The translations under genes were made by a program, and so were the position numbers. Under the pieces are notes generated by a model. That model did not search any database. It saw only the letters and a program-made list of their open reading frames with translations, and was not told the DNA's origin. From Candidatus Poribacteria bacterium (GTDB lineage Bacteria > Poribacteria > WGA-4E > WGA-3G): 49,223 nt of DNA. Shown here in pieces: positions 26,863-37,125 of the stretch (positions are counted from its first letter, which is position 1; each line of letters begins with the position of its first letter). The stretch is taken from contig JAAXHD010000189.1 of NCBI GenBank assembly GCA_012271015.1, positions 45,962 to 95,184 of the forward strand, given 5' to 3'.

Positions 26863-28652
26863 GAGTACTTCTCGCGGTGAGAAACTGTTTTCGTTTATCG
26901 AATAGCTTTGTTATACCCGCGATCCTCATCAGTGGCTTCAGTTTCCGACTCATCGGCATAAACATCGGCTTGCCTGATTCTCCCGACCCCCGTGAAGTGC
27001 TAATCGCACGAGATGTTCTGAATCTAATCCACTTCACAGCCCCTCCTCAAATCTACAACTGGCCCGGAACGGCATGGTTTTACATCATTGCGGTGGTAGG
27101 TAAATTGCTGTCGCTTACGGGTTGGCAATTAACAGAAGCCCGCGTAATCTTATTGGCACGCGGTATCAACGTTCTGTTGTCTACAGCAACACTTTGGTTC
27201 ACCTACCGCATCGGCGTTCACTGTTTCAGCAAACGTATAGGTCAGATTGCGACCGGATTACTCACTGTGGCGATGTTACATGCCACGAATGAATCGCGTT
27301 TTGCACTTGTTGACATCCCCGCGACTTTCTGTGTAACGTTGTTTCTCTATCTTGTGACGCGTGAGCGGTCTTCCTCAGACGCGCTCACATTTCAAACAGC
27401 GGTATGGCTCGGCGTTATCGCAGGAGTTGGTTTCGCAGTCAAATTTACAACTGTTTTCGCCAGTTTCTCTCTGCTGGTTTTCACTCTAAGTGAAGACTTT
27501 CCTCCACGCGGTAGGGGCAGTTTGAAACCACATCTACCAGGGAGCTCCGTAACTCCTAAAAAATTAGCAACAATCATCGGCGTTTCCGCACTAACCTTTA
27601 CGCTCCTCTGCCCCTATTGGCTCATTGATCTGGTTTCGCCAGAGTGGAATTTCTTCTTTGAGGATTTCTGGTACGAAGCTACCCATTACCATCGCGGGCA
27701 CTTCGGTCTCATCGCTGCAGCGGAATCTGGCTTACTACATCGGTTTATCTATCTGTGGACGCTCCTGAAATGGGGCATGGGGCTGCCACTTGCACTCCTC
27801 GCGAGTTTGGGAGTCGTGTGTGCGATGGTGGAGATAAAAAGAAATCGCGAGCATGGGAAAACACCCAAGCAAAAACACTCGCTTCTACAAAAAGAGAAGG
27901 CGGTTGGTAAGTTTGCTACAGCAGAAGTGCTCTTACTAACTTTCGTCATTCCCTATCTACTCTTTATCGGGATACATAAAGTTAAGTTCGCACGTCATCT
28001 ACTCATACTCTATCCGACGCTCACTGTGCTCGCCGCTGCCGCATTCGTCCGTTTTCCGAACATTGTAAAAACCCTATTTCAGCTGGTCCATCCACGCGAG
28101 ACTCTGAATTCCCCGCATTCCACTGAAAGATTCAATACATTTGGGAAATGGTTTGGCATCGTTTTGGGGGGTGTTGTCGTGCTTTACTCGTTAATTTATA
28201 CCCTTTCCTTCGCCTCTATCCAATTCTCGCAACCCACTAAAATTGCAGCATCCGACTGGATAGCCACACACATTCCTCAAGAGGACTCCATTGCTATTGC
28301 GCCAGAGACCTTATTCGACTGGCTTCTTCCTGAGTTAGATTTCGTCGTAACAGATGAAAAGGTGAAATGGGTTCTTATCCTCGTGCCAGATCTTGAAGTG
28401 TTCCGAAAATACCAAGAGACACCTCAACGCTATCAAGCTGAGGATTGGTACCCTCTCAGTGAAATTGGATTCGAGGAAACGCTTGCGTTTTACGAGCGAG
28501 TCTTAGGGGAAGGAAGTCGATATGAATTGCACAAGACCTTCCGGTGCGCGCCGAAGTTCTTCGGTCTCGAAATAATATCCGATAGTGGTGCCCCGTTTCC
28601 GATGCGAGCACTTGCACATCCAGAACTCCGCATCTATCGGTATGTCAACTGA
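26859..28652 (+). CDS. Glycosyltransferase family 39 (ArnT/PMT-like, GT-C fold)
   Basis: Polytopic; PDPRE after TM1, ESRFALVDIP, GFAVKF. Contains two in-frame repeat-derived inserts. Confidence 0.8.
   Translation: MRVLLAVRNCFRLSNSFVIPAILISGFSFRLIGINIGLPDSPDPREVLIARDVLNLIHFTAPPQIYNWPGTAWFYIIAVVGKLLSLTGWQLTEARVILLARGINVLLSTATLWFTYRIGVHCFSKRIGQIATGLLTVAMLHATNESRFALVDIPATFCVTLFLYLVTRERSSSDALTFQTAVWLGVIAGVGFAVKFTTVFASFSLLVFTLSEDFPPRGRGSLKPHLPGSSVTPKKLATIIGVSALTFTLLCPYWLIDLVSPEWNFFFEDFWYEATHYHRGHFGLIAAAESGLLHRFIYLWTLLKWGMGLPLALLASLGVVCAMVEIKRNREHGKTPKQKHSLLQKEKAVGKFATAEVLLLTFVIPYLLFIGIHKVKFARHLLILYPTLTVLAAAAFVRFPNIVKTLFQLVHPRETLNSPHSTERFNTFGKWFGIVLGGVVVLYSLIYTLSFASIQFSQPTKIAASDWIATHIPQEDSIAIAPETLFDWLLPELDFVVTDEKVKWVLILVPDLEVFRKYQETPQRYQAEDWYPLSEIGFEETLAFYERVLGEGSRYELHKTFRCAPKFFGLEIISDSGAPFPMRALAHPELRIYRYVN
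27510..27540 (+). repeat. Degenerate GTAG-type REP inside the CDS
   Basis: GGTAGGGGCAGTTTGAAACCACATCTACC, encoding RGRGSLKPHLP in a hydrophilic loop. Confidence 0.5.
27844..27888 (-). repeat. GTAG-type REP plus GT-rich motif inside the CDS
   Basis: Minus strand GTAGAAGCGAGT[GTTTTTGCTTGGGTGTTTTCCCAT]GCTCGCGAT; encodes REHGKTPKQKHSLL on plus. Confidence 0.8.
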
Positions 28653-28695
28653 ATGGTGCGGTGAAGTGTAAAGACTTAGGATCTCGCGTGGTCGT

Positions 28696-29346
28696 TCACA
28701 TCAGGGGGTTCTTGAAATGACCCTTTTGAATAGGGACAATCGTTGATAGGATTTGATAAAGCACATCCGATGCAATCGCGTCGGCATCAATGATTCGAAC
28801 CATGTCTTGGGGATAGTGATCAATCAAAGGTTCGGTTTCCCGTTTGTAAACGTCCCACCGATAGCGAACCACCATTTCTTCAGCATCATCGATTCGATTC
28901 TCTTTAAGTGCCCGCCCACGGATCCGTTTAAACATAACCTCGCGGTCTTCACAGACCATGTAGATCACCTTAAAGAGTTTTATATGGGGTGCTATCAAAC
29001 CTGCTTGTATAATGTTCCGTGGGATCCCATCAAGGATAAGCAGATCGGTTTCCGGCGAGTAAATCTGCTCACGGACCTTAGCCGCCATGTAGTCTTGCCA
29101 GATTCTGATTGTGATGTGATCTGGGACTAATTTACCGATTCCTGCGTATTCTTGGAAAATCTGTCCGCATTTGGAATTGACATCAAGTTCGCGGAACATA
29201 TCTCCGCTGGAGACATGGAAAATGCCAGGGATTTGTGATAGCATTTTCCCTTGTGTTCCCTTGCCAACACCAGGGGGACCCACAAGCATCACTGCTTGAT
29301 AACACAGTCCATCCGCCTCGTGTAGAGGGCTTATATCCATTGTCAT
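28696..29346 (-). CDS. Adenylate kinase family nucleoside monophosphate kinase (short LID)
   Basis: GPPGVGKGTQ, HVSSGDMFR, GKLVPD, LDGIPR, RIDD. Confidence 0.9.
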   Translation of the reverse strand: MTMDISPLHEADGLCYQAVMLVGPPGVGKGTQGKMLSQIPGIFHVSSGDMFRELDVNSKCGQIFQEYAGIGKLVPDHITIRIWQDYMAAKVREQIYSPETDLLILDGIPRNIIQAGLIAPHIKLFKVIYMVCEDREVMFKRIRGRALKENRIDDAEEMVVRYRWDVYKRETEPLIDHYPQDMVRIIDADAIASDVLYQILSTIVPIQKGHFKNPLM

Positions 29347-29422
29347 GTCTGTTTTTGTCCTCTGCCGCCTTTATTTCTCGTCGTTGAGTTAGCGCGATTC
29401 ACATGCCTGTCTATAATAAATC

Positions 29423-30478
29423 TTACGCTCCAAGAAGGTGTTCAAGAATATAGAAGTCCAAACCTTCATAATCTCTATCCGTGATAAATTCCTGTTCGAC
29501 CTTTTTGTCAAACGTTCGGACCTTCTCAAGTAGGTTAAGGAAGATTCTACGACTACTCAATAGGTGTTTTGTTGAGATGTCACGGGGTTGGGTTCGCATG
29601 ACTTTCACATCTAATCCGATAAATTCGCCGTTTCTACCGTATCCGTTTTCTTCCAGGACCCGTACCTGATTAAACGCACGCCGTAAATTGACTGAACCGA
29701 ACGCCTTATCTTGGTCGAATTTTAACCCGTTTTGGTCGTTGAGATGGACGCTCCAAAGTTTCTTATGATAGAGAGCATATCCCATCTCGTCCGATGGTTC
29801 TAAACCTGCGAGAATAGCATGCGCACTTTCGATTAACCCGCCAACGCGCTCCGGTGCGTCACTGGCATAGGCTAAACCGATAGCGTGTCCGATGGTAGGA
29901 ATGTAAGCGATGTCCATCGGTTCGTTCGGTTTGGGTTCTATAAGGATTCGGACTTCTGGATCGTATTCAAGCAAGGCGTTCATTGCGTCCAAAATTTGCC
30001 CAACCGCCCCTGCTGAATCTTTCGTTTCTCGGATATAGGTCCCTTCACGTGCAAGCCACAACACGAGATTTTGGCACCCAATCTCGTTCGCGATATCCAC
30101 ACACCGTTTTGAACGTTCCAGGGCATAGTGCCTTTCTTTTGGGGAATTAGAAGTGTAAGCTCCATCAATCGTCTGTGGAGATTCCCACAACCGAGGTGCC
30201 ACGACCTCTGCTGTCAACCCGTGGTCGTCGAGTTGTTTTTTGACAGATTTTGTCTGCGCTATCAGTTGCGCATGTGTTTTCTCGTCAATATCCGGCACAA
30301 TGTCATCGTCGTGAAACTGAATTCCAACAAAACCGAGATCGCGATAAAATCCAACCTTTTCATCGAAACTGAACGTCTCCCGAACAGGGGGTCCAAAAGG
30401 GTCTGTTCCTTCGTGTATATTCCACGGTCCGAAAGAGAAACAATATTCTGTTGTTCCTTTAGCGGGTTCGCGCATCAT
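29423..30478 (-). CDS. xylA: Xylose isomerase (short type)
   Basis: FSFGPW...DPFG, FHDDD, W...EG, IEPKPNEP, E..H, HLNDQ...KFDQD. Confidence 0.8.
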   Translation of the reverse strand: MMREPAKGTTEYCFSFGPWNIHEGTDPFGPPVRETFSFDEKVGFYRDLGFVGIQFHDDDIVPDIDEKTHAQLIAQTKSVKKQLDDHGLTAEVVAPRLWESPQTIDGAYTSNSPKERHYALERSKRCVDIANEIGCQNLVLWLAREGTYIRETKDSAGAVGQILDAMNALLEYDPEVRILIEPKPNEPMDIAYIPTIGHAIGLAYASDAPERVGGLIESAHAILAGLEPSDEMGYALYHKKLWSVHLNDQNGLKFDQDKAFGSVNLRRAFNQVRVLEENGYGRNGEFIGLDVKVMRTQPRDISTKHLLSSRRIFLNLLEKVRTFDKKVEQEFITDRDYEGLDFYILEHLLGA

Positions 30479-30582
30479 CTTCTCCTGTACGCAACGTTTA
30501 ATCTTCCATTTCGTTACAAAAATTGCCTTAATCGCTTTGTTTTGGAAACGTTACGTTAGCGATAAGGATACGAAAAAACTGC

Positions 30583-30626
30583 TTGACTTTTCTAATCAGT
30601 ATACAGTATTATTTAAAATGTGTCAA
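30583..30626. promoter_or_regulatory. Overlapping divergent sigma70 promoters
   Basis: Plus: TTGACT(30583)-N18-TATTAT. Minus: TTGACA(30626)-N17-TATACT. Confidence 0.6.
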
Positions 30627-30923
30627 GCAATTTTGTAGTTAGGGTGTGTAAATATTTTTCAAAGCTTGTAGATGTCACCCGTACGGGGTTCGCTGTTAGG
30701 GTCTATCAACGTTCTACAGAGATGTCACCCCTGAATTAACGGTATGAATGCGCGTGTGGCATTCCCCGGGGGTTGAAGAGGAATAGGTCAAAATCGGGAT
30801 TAGAAACACCGCCCACAAGAGGAGGCGGAGGTCTAATGCCAAAAACTTTACCACCGTGTAGTTAGCACTTGTAAACCGATATTGCGAATCAGACATGCTG
30901 GATAAGAAAGGAACCTTCCCGGA

Positions 30924-33900
30924 ATGTTGCCCATATCTCGAGCGATTTTCTCTTATTCATATCTATTTTGCTTCTTCATGCTCACGCTGAATCTACCTGT
31001 CCAGCATATAGATGCAGCGGATCATGAAGGCGAAGGAAGCACACCACCTCCAACTGTCAACGGGTCCATTAACAAAGCGCAGACACTGATATTAGGGACA
31101 ACATCAACAGAAACCTTCAGTTTTACAGATGTGTATCATATAGAATTCAGCCTAAATATACCCGGTAATATCGAACTGATCGCCACAGAAGGCAATGTCA
31201 TCACCGTTAGGCTCGAGAAACAAGCACGGGAAACCACAAACACAAAACAGAACGATCTGACCCGCGACTATCTTGATAACATCACCCTCACAGGAACACA
31301 AAGCGATGATACTCTCCAGTTGAGGATACGACTACCGGGTAATTCTCCTGAAGCACAGTTGGGTCCGCCACCTAACCCGGAAAATTTACAAGTTGGGCAC
31401 TATGATGGACTCCAACTGAAATGTACAATTAAAACCCCCGCGGATGTCTCTGTTAAACTCCATACCAAAACCGGAGATATATCCGTTCAACATATCCGTG
31501 GAAAGATAGAAGCCTCGACAGAGAATGGGAACGTCCATTTAGGTGAAACTTCAGGCAATTATAACATCAGTGTGACCAAGGGAAACATTGACGGACAAAT
31601 TTTGCTAACCCAAGGACAAAACAAGTTAGAAACCCAAAATGGCTCAATTGGATTGGTGGTACTTGACCCTGTTGCGGCACCGATGGACATAACCGCGCAA
31701 GGCGGTAGCATCCGTTTACAACTCCCTGAAAATTATGGTGCCGATGTCGAGTTTGAGAGTCAAAAACAGCAAATTGTTGTCAATCTGCCCGCACAATTTG
31801 ATGAGGAAACAGGATTCACCATTATTAACGACGGTGGACCGTTGTTTCGGTTGAAAGCCACAAACACAATTTCACTGCTACCCAGTTCACCGAGCGGCGA
31901 AAAAGCACCCACAGATGCTGGAACGAATTCATTCGTGGATGCTGCTCAACCTGTTCCCCAAATCGTAAAAGCACCCGTTATTGATGGCAATTTATCCGAA
32001 ATCGGATGGCAAGCCGCTGCGCTGCTCTCTCCGTTCCAAAATTCAGATGGCACCGATGTTCCAAGCAATCCAACTGAAACTTTTTTAATGTGGGATGCCG
32101 AGAATTTCTATGTCGGTATAAAGGCGTATGTGTCTGATTCGTTTCTTCCCTACGTTTCACAGACCCAGCAGGATTCACCAATTTGGGAGGACGAGTGCAT
32201 TGAAATTCTGATTGATCCTGACCCGAAAACCGATATCTATTATCACCTTGTTATCAACCCAATTAGTGCATACTTTGATCAGCGTGTTAATACACCGGGA
32301 GAACCCAGTTTCCAGCTTGCCCCTCGTGATATTCAAGCTACTTTGAATCGACAATCGATGCAAACAGCGTTCGATGCAGATAGCACATGGAACTCAGAAG
32401 CGAAAGTTGCCAGTCAAATTAACACGACCTTTTGGAGTCTTGAAGTCGCTCTCCCGCGTAAAACGTTGGAGCCTTCTTCTGAGGTGGATTCGCAGTCGAC
32501 ATCTTCTGTTGAAAGTAGGTGGCTTTTTAACGTCCATCGTAAGTTGTATAGCAGCAATATGAAGAGTCTTATTCCTGCTAAGTCCAGGGAATATAGTTAT
32601 TGGCAGCCGACTTATGATAACGAGTACCCATGGTGGCCCCACTCACCGCATGAGTACGTAGGAGTACTTTCGGGACGTTATGGTCCGGCGATGGGGGTTT
32701 TGGAATTCGTTACGACACCATCCGCTTCTGAAGACTTCGCATCTGAAACGAAAGTGCGGGTTGCAACTATTGAAATTAAAGGGAATACCAAAATTCCAAC
32801 AGAGGTCGTTCAACAGTCCCTTCCCATTCAGCCTGAAGATATTATCACAAGTCCACAACTTTCTTGGTTAATCACAGAGTTGGGAGAACACGGGTGGTTT
32901 CAAGACGTGCGTTTGGAAACGAAGCAGATGGACAGTGGTAGTGAAGAATCAGTCGGCAGTCAGAAACCAGAAGGTCTTGTTTCACCAGACCCTGCTTTAT
33001 CGAAAACCGAAAACCGAAAACCGATAGCCATTCCAAGTATCAGTTTGCATATCCGTGTTACGGAAGTCCCAGTGCTTTTTGCTCAGCAAATTAAAATCGA
33101 AGGGAACAGAAGTTTCCCCTCACGATTCATCAAGGAGTGGTTTCAGTTAGAATCTGGCTACCTCGCTGTCGCGGCTGTTAGACTGAAGCAACAATTAATT
33201 GCTGATTTTTATTTAAATCGTGGATATGAATTCGCCACGGTTGCCTATCAATCCGTCAATGATGTGCTCGAATTTAGCATTGATGAGGGGACACTGCACG
33301 AAATTCGTTTCACTGGAAACAGTCGAATCTCGCGGGTGGAACTGTTATCAGCCCTTGATCTAAAGACTCAGGGCAGTGATGGAGAACGAAGTTCACAAGT
33401 TTCAGATATTTACCATCATTCCCTTGGTCAGTCGCAGATAAACCGCATGCGTAAAGCACTCAGCGAGAACAGTGAGCATTTCAAATCGGTGCGGGATTGG
33501 CGTGTCCAACGCGAGGGCGGAAAAAATGTCATGATTGTCGATATTGAAGAGCAACCCTTCGCGAAACCCGGTGCTTCTCCAATCCTTCAATTCAATCGGG
33601 TTCACGGGTTGATGCTTGGCGCCCGTGGAATGCTCTCGACGCGTCTCACGGGTGAAGAACAGGTTTTCGGTTCAATCAGTCGTGGATTTTCGAGCAAAAT
33701 ATGGAACTATCACGCAGGGGGCGAAAAAGGGCTCTTTAAACGGCAGCTCCTCAAATTGGGAGGGAGTTTTTATAAGGTCACCGATATTAGTTCTAATATA
33801 CATCTACGTCCTGCTGAGATTAGTCTCAGTGCCGCCGGCTACGGTTTCGCCCTTCAAGATTATTACCAACGTCAGGGCGCGCAAGGGTGGATAACTTACG

Positions 33901-34694
33901 CGCCATCAGAATGGACGTATCTCAAACTCGAGTTCACAGCGGAAACGCACGATAATCTTTCTAAATCCACGGATTGGAGTTATTTGTACCGGAATAAACG
34001 CAAGCGGGGTAACCCGCGGATCAATCGTGGACAATTGAGGAGTCTGTCCCTCGTTTATGCGTTTGACACACGGGACCACAGAGCCACGATCACACGGCAT
34101 TTTCATACACTACCTTATGCAAATGAGCGGACCCGTCGCGGATGGCGTGGTCACTTCGCAGTCGAAATAGCAGGGAAATCGGGTTTTGGGGGGGACCACG
34201 CTTTTAATTTTTATCGGTTTGAGTTAGCACGTTACACGCCTTTATCGGGTTCACATCACCTAAACGTTCGGATCGCAGGCGATTTTTCCGATGCCCCCTT
34301 GCCAAGTCAGCGTCTCCTTCATCTCGGTGGCGCTACAACCCTGCGTGGCTATAATTTTAACGTGTTCGCTGGAGATAATCGGCTCCTCCTTAACCTTGAG
34401 TATCGACTCATCAAAGAAGCGATTCGCAGCGGACAAGAAGGAGTAGTCGGGTGGACCCTCAGCTGTTTCTTAGATACAGGGAGTGTGTGGTGGTATGATG
34501 ATGCTCCCTTTTCCGATTTTGAAGATTTCGCGACGCGACTCAAAACATCTGTGGGCATTGGTGGCTCCGTTTTTTGGGACCCGTTCGGCAACCGAGGACC
34601 GTGGAGCCTCGCAGTTGAAGTGGCAGAACCGCTCAGTTCATCTTTTTCCTTACGAGATCCGATCATCATTTTGCGCTTAGAACGTATGTTTTAA
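30924..34694 (+). CDS. Omp85/BamA-TamA family protein with N-terminal DUF4097-like and CBM9-like domains
   Basis: Signal peptide; T..GDI/T.NGNV repeats (DUF4097-like); PVIDGNLSE..W...WDAENFYV...DECIEILID...WSLEVALP (CBM9-like); POTRA starts IEIKGN, IKIEGN, IRFTGN; barrel motif LGGATTLRGY...GDN; terminal F. Confidence 0.8.
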   Translation: MLPISRAIFSYSYLFCFFMLTLNLPVQHIDAADHEGEGSTPPPTVNGSINKAQTLILGTTSTETFSFTDVYHIEFSLNIPGNIELIATEGNVITVRLEKQARETTNTKQNDLTRDYLDNITLTGTQSDDTLQLRIRLPGNSPEAQLGPPPNPENLQVGHYDGLQLKCTIKTPADVSVKLHTKTGDISVQHIRGKIEASTENGNVHLGETSGNYNISVTKGNIDGQILLTQGQNKLETQNGSIGLVVLDPVAAPMDITAQGGSIRLQLPENYGADVEFESQKQQIVVNLPAQFDEETGFTIINDGGPLFRLKATNTISLLPSSPSGEKAPTDAGTNSFVDAAQPVPQIVKAPVIDGNLSEIGWQAAALLSPFQNSDGTDVPSNPTETFLMWDAENFYVGIKAYVSDSFLPYVSQTQQDSPIWEDECIEILIDPDPKTDIYYHLVINPISAYFDQRVNTPGEPSFQLAPRDIQATLNRQSMQTAFDADSTWNSEAKVASQINTTFWSLEVALPRKTLEPSSEVDSQSTSSVESRWLFNVHRKLYSSNMKSLIPAKSREYSYWQPTYDNEYPWWPHSPHEYVGVLSGRYGPAMGVLEFVTTPSASEDFASETKVRVATIEIKGNTKIPTEVVQQSLPIQPEDIITSPQLSWLITELGEHGWFQDVRLETKQMDSGSEESVGSQKPEGLVSPDPALSKTENRKPIAIPSISLHIRVTEVPVLFAQQIKIEGNRSFPSRFIKEWFQLESGYLAVAAVRLKQQLIADFYLNRGYEFATVAYQSVNDVLEFSIDEGTLHEIRFTGNSRISRVELLSALDLKTQGSDGERSSQVSDIYHHSLGQSQINRMRKALSENSEHFKSVRDWRVQREGGKNVMIVDIEEQPFAKPGASPILQFNRVHGLMLGARGMLSTRLTGEEQVFGSISRGFSSKIWNYHAGGEKGLFKRQLLKLGGSFYKVTDISSNIHLRPAEISLSAAGYGFALQDYYQRQGAQGWITYAPSEWTYLKLEFTAETHDNLSKSTDWSYLYRNKRKRGNPRINRGQLRSLSLVYAFDTRDHRATITRHFHTLPYANERTRRGWRGHFAVEIAGKSGFGGDHAFNFYRFELARYTPLSGSHHLNVRIAGDFSDAPLPSQRLLHLGGATTLRGYNFNVFAGDNRLLLNLEYRLIKEAIRSGQEGVVGWTLSCFLDTGSVWWYDDAPFSDFEDFATRLKTSVGIGGSVFWDPFGNRGPWSLAVEVAEPLSSSFSLRDPIIILRLERMF
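32948..33030. repeat. H7-family element in frame inside the Omp85 gene
   Basis: ATCAGTCGGCAGTCAG...CGAAAAC-CGAAAAC-CGAAAAC-CGATAGC-CA, resembling intergenic H7 arms. Confidence 0.6.
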
Positions 34695-34696
34695 CG

Positions 34697-34783
34697 GCTA
34701 TCGGCAATCAGTAATCAGCGGTCAGTAACAAGAGGCTTCTCTTAAAAGATAACCTTTTAACTGAAAGTCGAGAACCAATAGCC
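34697..34783. repeat. H7-family element
   Basis: GGCTATCGGCAATCAGTAATCAG...AAGAGG...TTTTAACTGA...CCAATAGCC. Confidence 0.6.
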
Positions 34784-34891
34784 AGTAGGCATTTTCGCTG
34801 GAATTAGTCAAAAAACTATCGTGAAACATCGTCCCGCGAGCGTCTATCGGCTTACACAGGAGACGCTAATCAGAAACCAATAGTTGAAAAA

Positions 34892-36010
34892 ATGAAGACA
34901 ACACCACTTTATCCCATCCATGAACAACTCGGTGCAACCCTCCAGAAACAGCATTTGGATTGGAATATTGCTACCGAATTCACCGATGCTGTCTCCGAGC
35001 ACCATGCTGTCAGAAACAACGTCGGTATTGCTGACGTTTCCTATCGAGGTAGGCATCGATTAACGGGTGAAGACCGAGCGAAATTTCTACACCGTATCAT
35101 CTCCAACGATGTTGAAAGTCTCTCAACCGGACAGGGCACTTACGCGACGATTTTAACGCATCGTGGCAAAATTATAGCCGATATGAATATCTCTGTTCTC
35201 GAAGATGCCATCAGTATCGACACCGCGCCTGAGACGACAGAAAGCCTTTTCAACGAATTGGACAAGTACATCATTGCTGACGATGTTGAATTTTCTGATG
35301 TAACCCTTGAAACCGGTGCGATTGCTGTCCACGGTCCAAAGTCAACAGATCTTGTTCAATCTGTGCTCAGTATAAATGAACTCGCTGCGTTGCCAGAACG
35401 GTATAATTGCTGTCGTGAAGCAGATTCGCTTTTTAAGCACACAATTGTCTGTGTACGAACAGATGGCACTGGGGAGATGGGGTGGACGCTTTATACCGCT
35501 GCCGAGGAATTAGTCTTGCTTTGGGAGACATTAATGACTGAGGGAGCACGCTTTAAAGTTCAACCGATCGGTTGGAATGCCCTTGAGTCGCTCCGTATTG
35601 AAGCAGGCGTACCGAGATATAGCGCAGAATTGACAGATTCTGTTATCCCGCTTGAGGCTGAATTAGAACACGCTATCGACTTTGAAAAGGGGTGTTATAT
35701 CGGACAAGAAATTGTAGCCCGTATGAAGTATCGAGGGCACCCGAATCGCCTCTTACGCGGCATTGAAATTGATGCAAACTTAACATCACAAGACTGCCAT
35801 AGGCATCTTCTGGGCGCGCGAATTTTCAAAGAAGACAAAGAAGTCGGTTGGATTACGAGTGCTACCTTTGCCCCGACTCTCGAAAAGTCGATTGCTCTCG
35901 GTTACGTTCGGATGCAAGTTACGGCAGCAGGTAGTCGTGTCCGCATTGAAACATCAGAAGGAGCCGTTGATGGGACAGTCGTGCTTTTGCCTTTTCTTAA
36001 TAGCAATTAG
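34892..36010 (+). CDS. GcvT/YgfZ family folate-binding protein
   Basis: GcvT-like N-terminus (TTPLY.IH...EHHAVR..VGIADVS) with the YgfZ signature KGCYIGQE. Confidence 0.88.
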   Translation: MKTTPLYPIHEQLGATLQKQHLDWNIATEFTDAVSEHHAVRNNVGIADVSYRGRHRLTGEDRAKFLHRIISNDVESLSTGQGTYATILTHRGKIIADMNISVLEDAISIDTAPETTESLFNELDKYIIADDVEFSDVTLETGAIAVHGPKSTDLVQSVLSINELAALPERYNCCREADSLFKHTIVCVRTDGTGEMGWTLYTAAEELVLLWETLMTEGARFKVQPIGWNALESLRIEAGVPRYSAELTDSVIPLEAELEHAIDFEKGCYIGQEIVARMKYRGHPNRLLRGIEIDANLTSQDCHRHLLGARIFKEDKEVGWITSATFAPTLEKSIALGYVRMQVTAAGSRVRIETSEGAVDGTVVLLPFLNSN

Positions 36011-36085
36011 CAGTCAGCAATCAGGAAAGAAAATGTTAGCTATATGCAGGTCACATTATTGTTACAAAGCCTATGAAGGATATTC

Positions 36086-36190
36086 ATCAGTCGTCAGTTA
36101 AGACGTGTGGCGGTTGCGTATTGCGTGAAGGTCAAAGAACTCCTTTTTAATTGATAACCGATAACTGATAACCAATATAACCGACAACCA
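36086..36190. repeat. H7-family element
   Basis: ATCAGTCGTCAGTTAAGA...GATAACC-GATAACT-GATAACC...ACCGACAACCA. Confidence 0.65.
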
Positions 36191-36213
36191 TATTAGGAGG
36201 TAAATTTAAACCG

Positions 36214-37125
36214 ATGGCATACAGCAAATTTTATTTTTCCATCTCTCTTCTACTGTTCCTCCCGATACTCTTAGGTGGGTGTGGTCTTGCCAAGTTAGCG
36301 AGAATTCAAGGGGAAGGCGACCTTGCTGTAGTGGAAGCCACCCTTGAGGGGAACATCGGCACGCTTGAACGTATCTCCAAAATTGGGAGTAAGAATCTTA
36401 TCATTACGACGGCTCGCGCGTATTCATCTTACGCCGGCTTTATTGAGGATAAGATGGAAGAGGCTGAAATCGCAGGCGACTACGAGACTGCGAAGGACAT
36501 GCGCGCCCGTGCAATTGACCTCTATATCCGTTCTGAGGGATACGCGCTCAAGGCTTTAGCGAAATCCGATAAAACCTTCAGTGAGGTAAGAACTGTTGAC
36601 CTTACTGCGCTTGAAAAAGCACTTCAGAAGTTAAAAAAGAAGGAGGTTGAACCCCTGTTTTGGACGGCTTATTCGATAGCACGCGGCATTAGCCTCCAGA
36701 AAGACGATCCGATGCAAGTGATTGACTTGGCTCGGGTGGAACTGATGATGGGGCGCGTGCTTGAATTGGATGAAACCTTCTACTTCGGCAGCGCGCATCT
36801 ATTTTATGCTGTTTATTACGGCGATCGAGCGATATCAATCGGCGGAGATCCAGAGAAGGCAAAAGAACATATTGCACATGTAGATAGAATCAATGACAGC
36901 AAATTTTTGATGAGCAAATTCTATCTTGCACGTTACTATGCTTATCCGAAACAGGATGTGACACTTTTCAAACAGTCGTTACAAGAAGTCCTGGACGCAC
37001 CATCGGATATTTATCCTGGAGAGGAAGCCGCGACTTCGTTGGCGAAATCGCGCGCGAAACGCTTGCTCGACCAGGTTGATGACCTTTTTGATCCAGAAAT
37101 GGAGGAAGGAGACACTGAAGAATGA
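36214..37125 (+). CDS. TRAP transporter TatT component family lipoprotein
   Basis: Lipobox LLGGC; helical protein with LELDETF..G.AH...GGDPEKAKEH; overlaps dctP; AGGAGG RBS. Confidence 0.85.
   Translation: MAYSKFYFSISLLLFLPILLGGCGLAKLARIQGEGDLAVVEATLEGNIGTLERISKIGSKNLIITTARAYSSYAGFIEDKMEEAEIAGDYETAKDMRARAIDLYIRSEGYALKALAKSDKTFSEVRTVDLTALEKALQKLKKKEVEPLFWTAYSIARGISLQKDDPMQVIDLARVELMMGRVLELDETFYFGSAHLFYAVYYGDRAISIGGDPEKAKEHIAHVDRINDSKFLMSKFYLARYYAYPKQDVTLFKQSLQEVLDAPSDIYPGEEAATSLAKSRAKRLLDQVDDLFDPEMEEGDTEE

Noticed and set aside
34892-36010. Assignment as true gcvT
   Set aside because: It has the YgfZ-type KGCYxGQE motif and no neighbouring gcvH/gcvP, so only the family is called.
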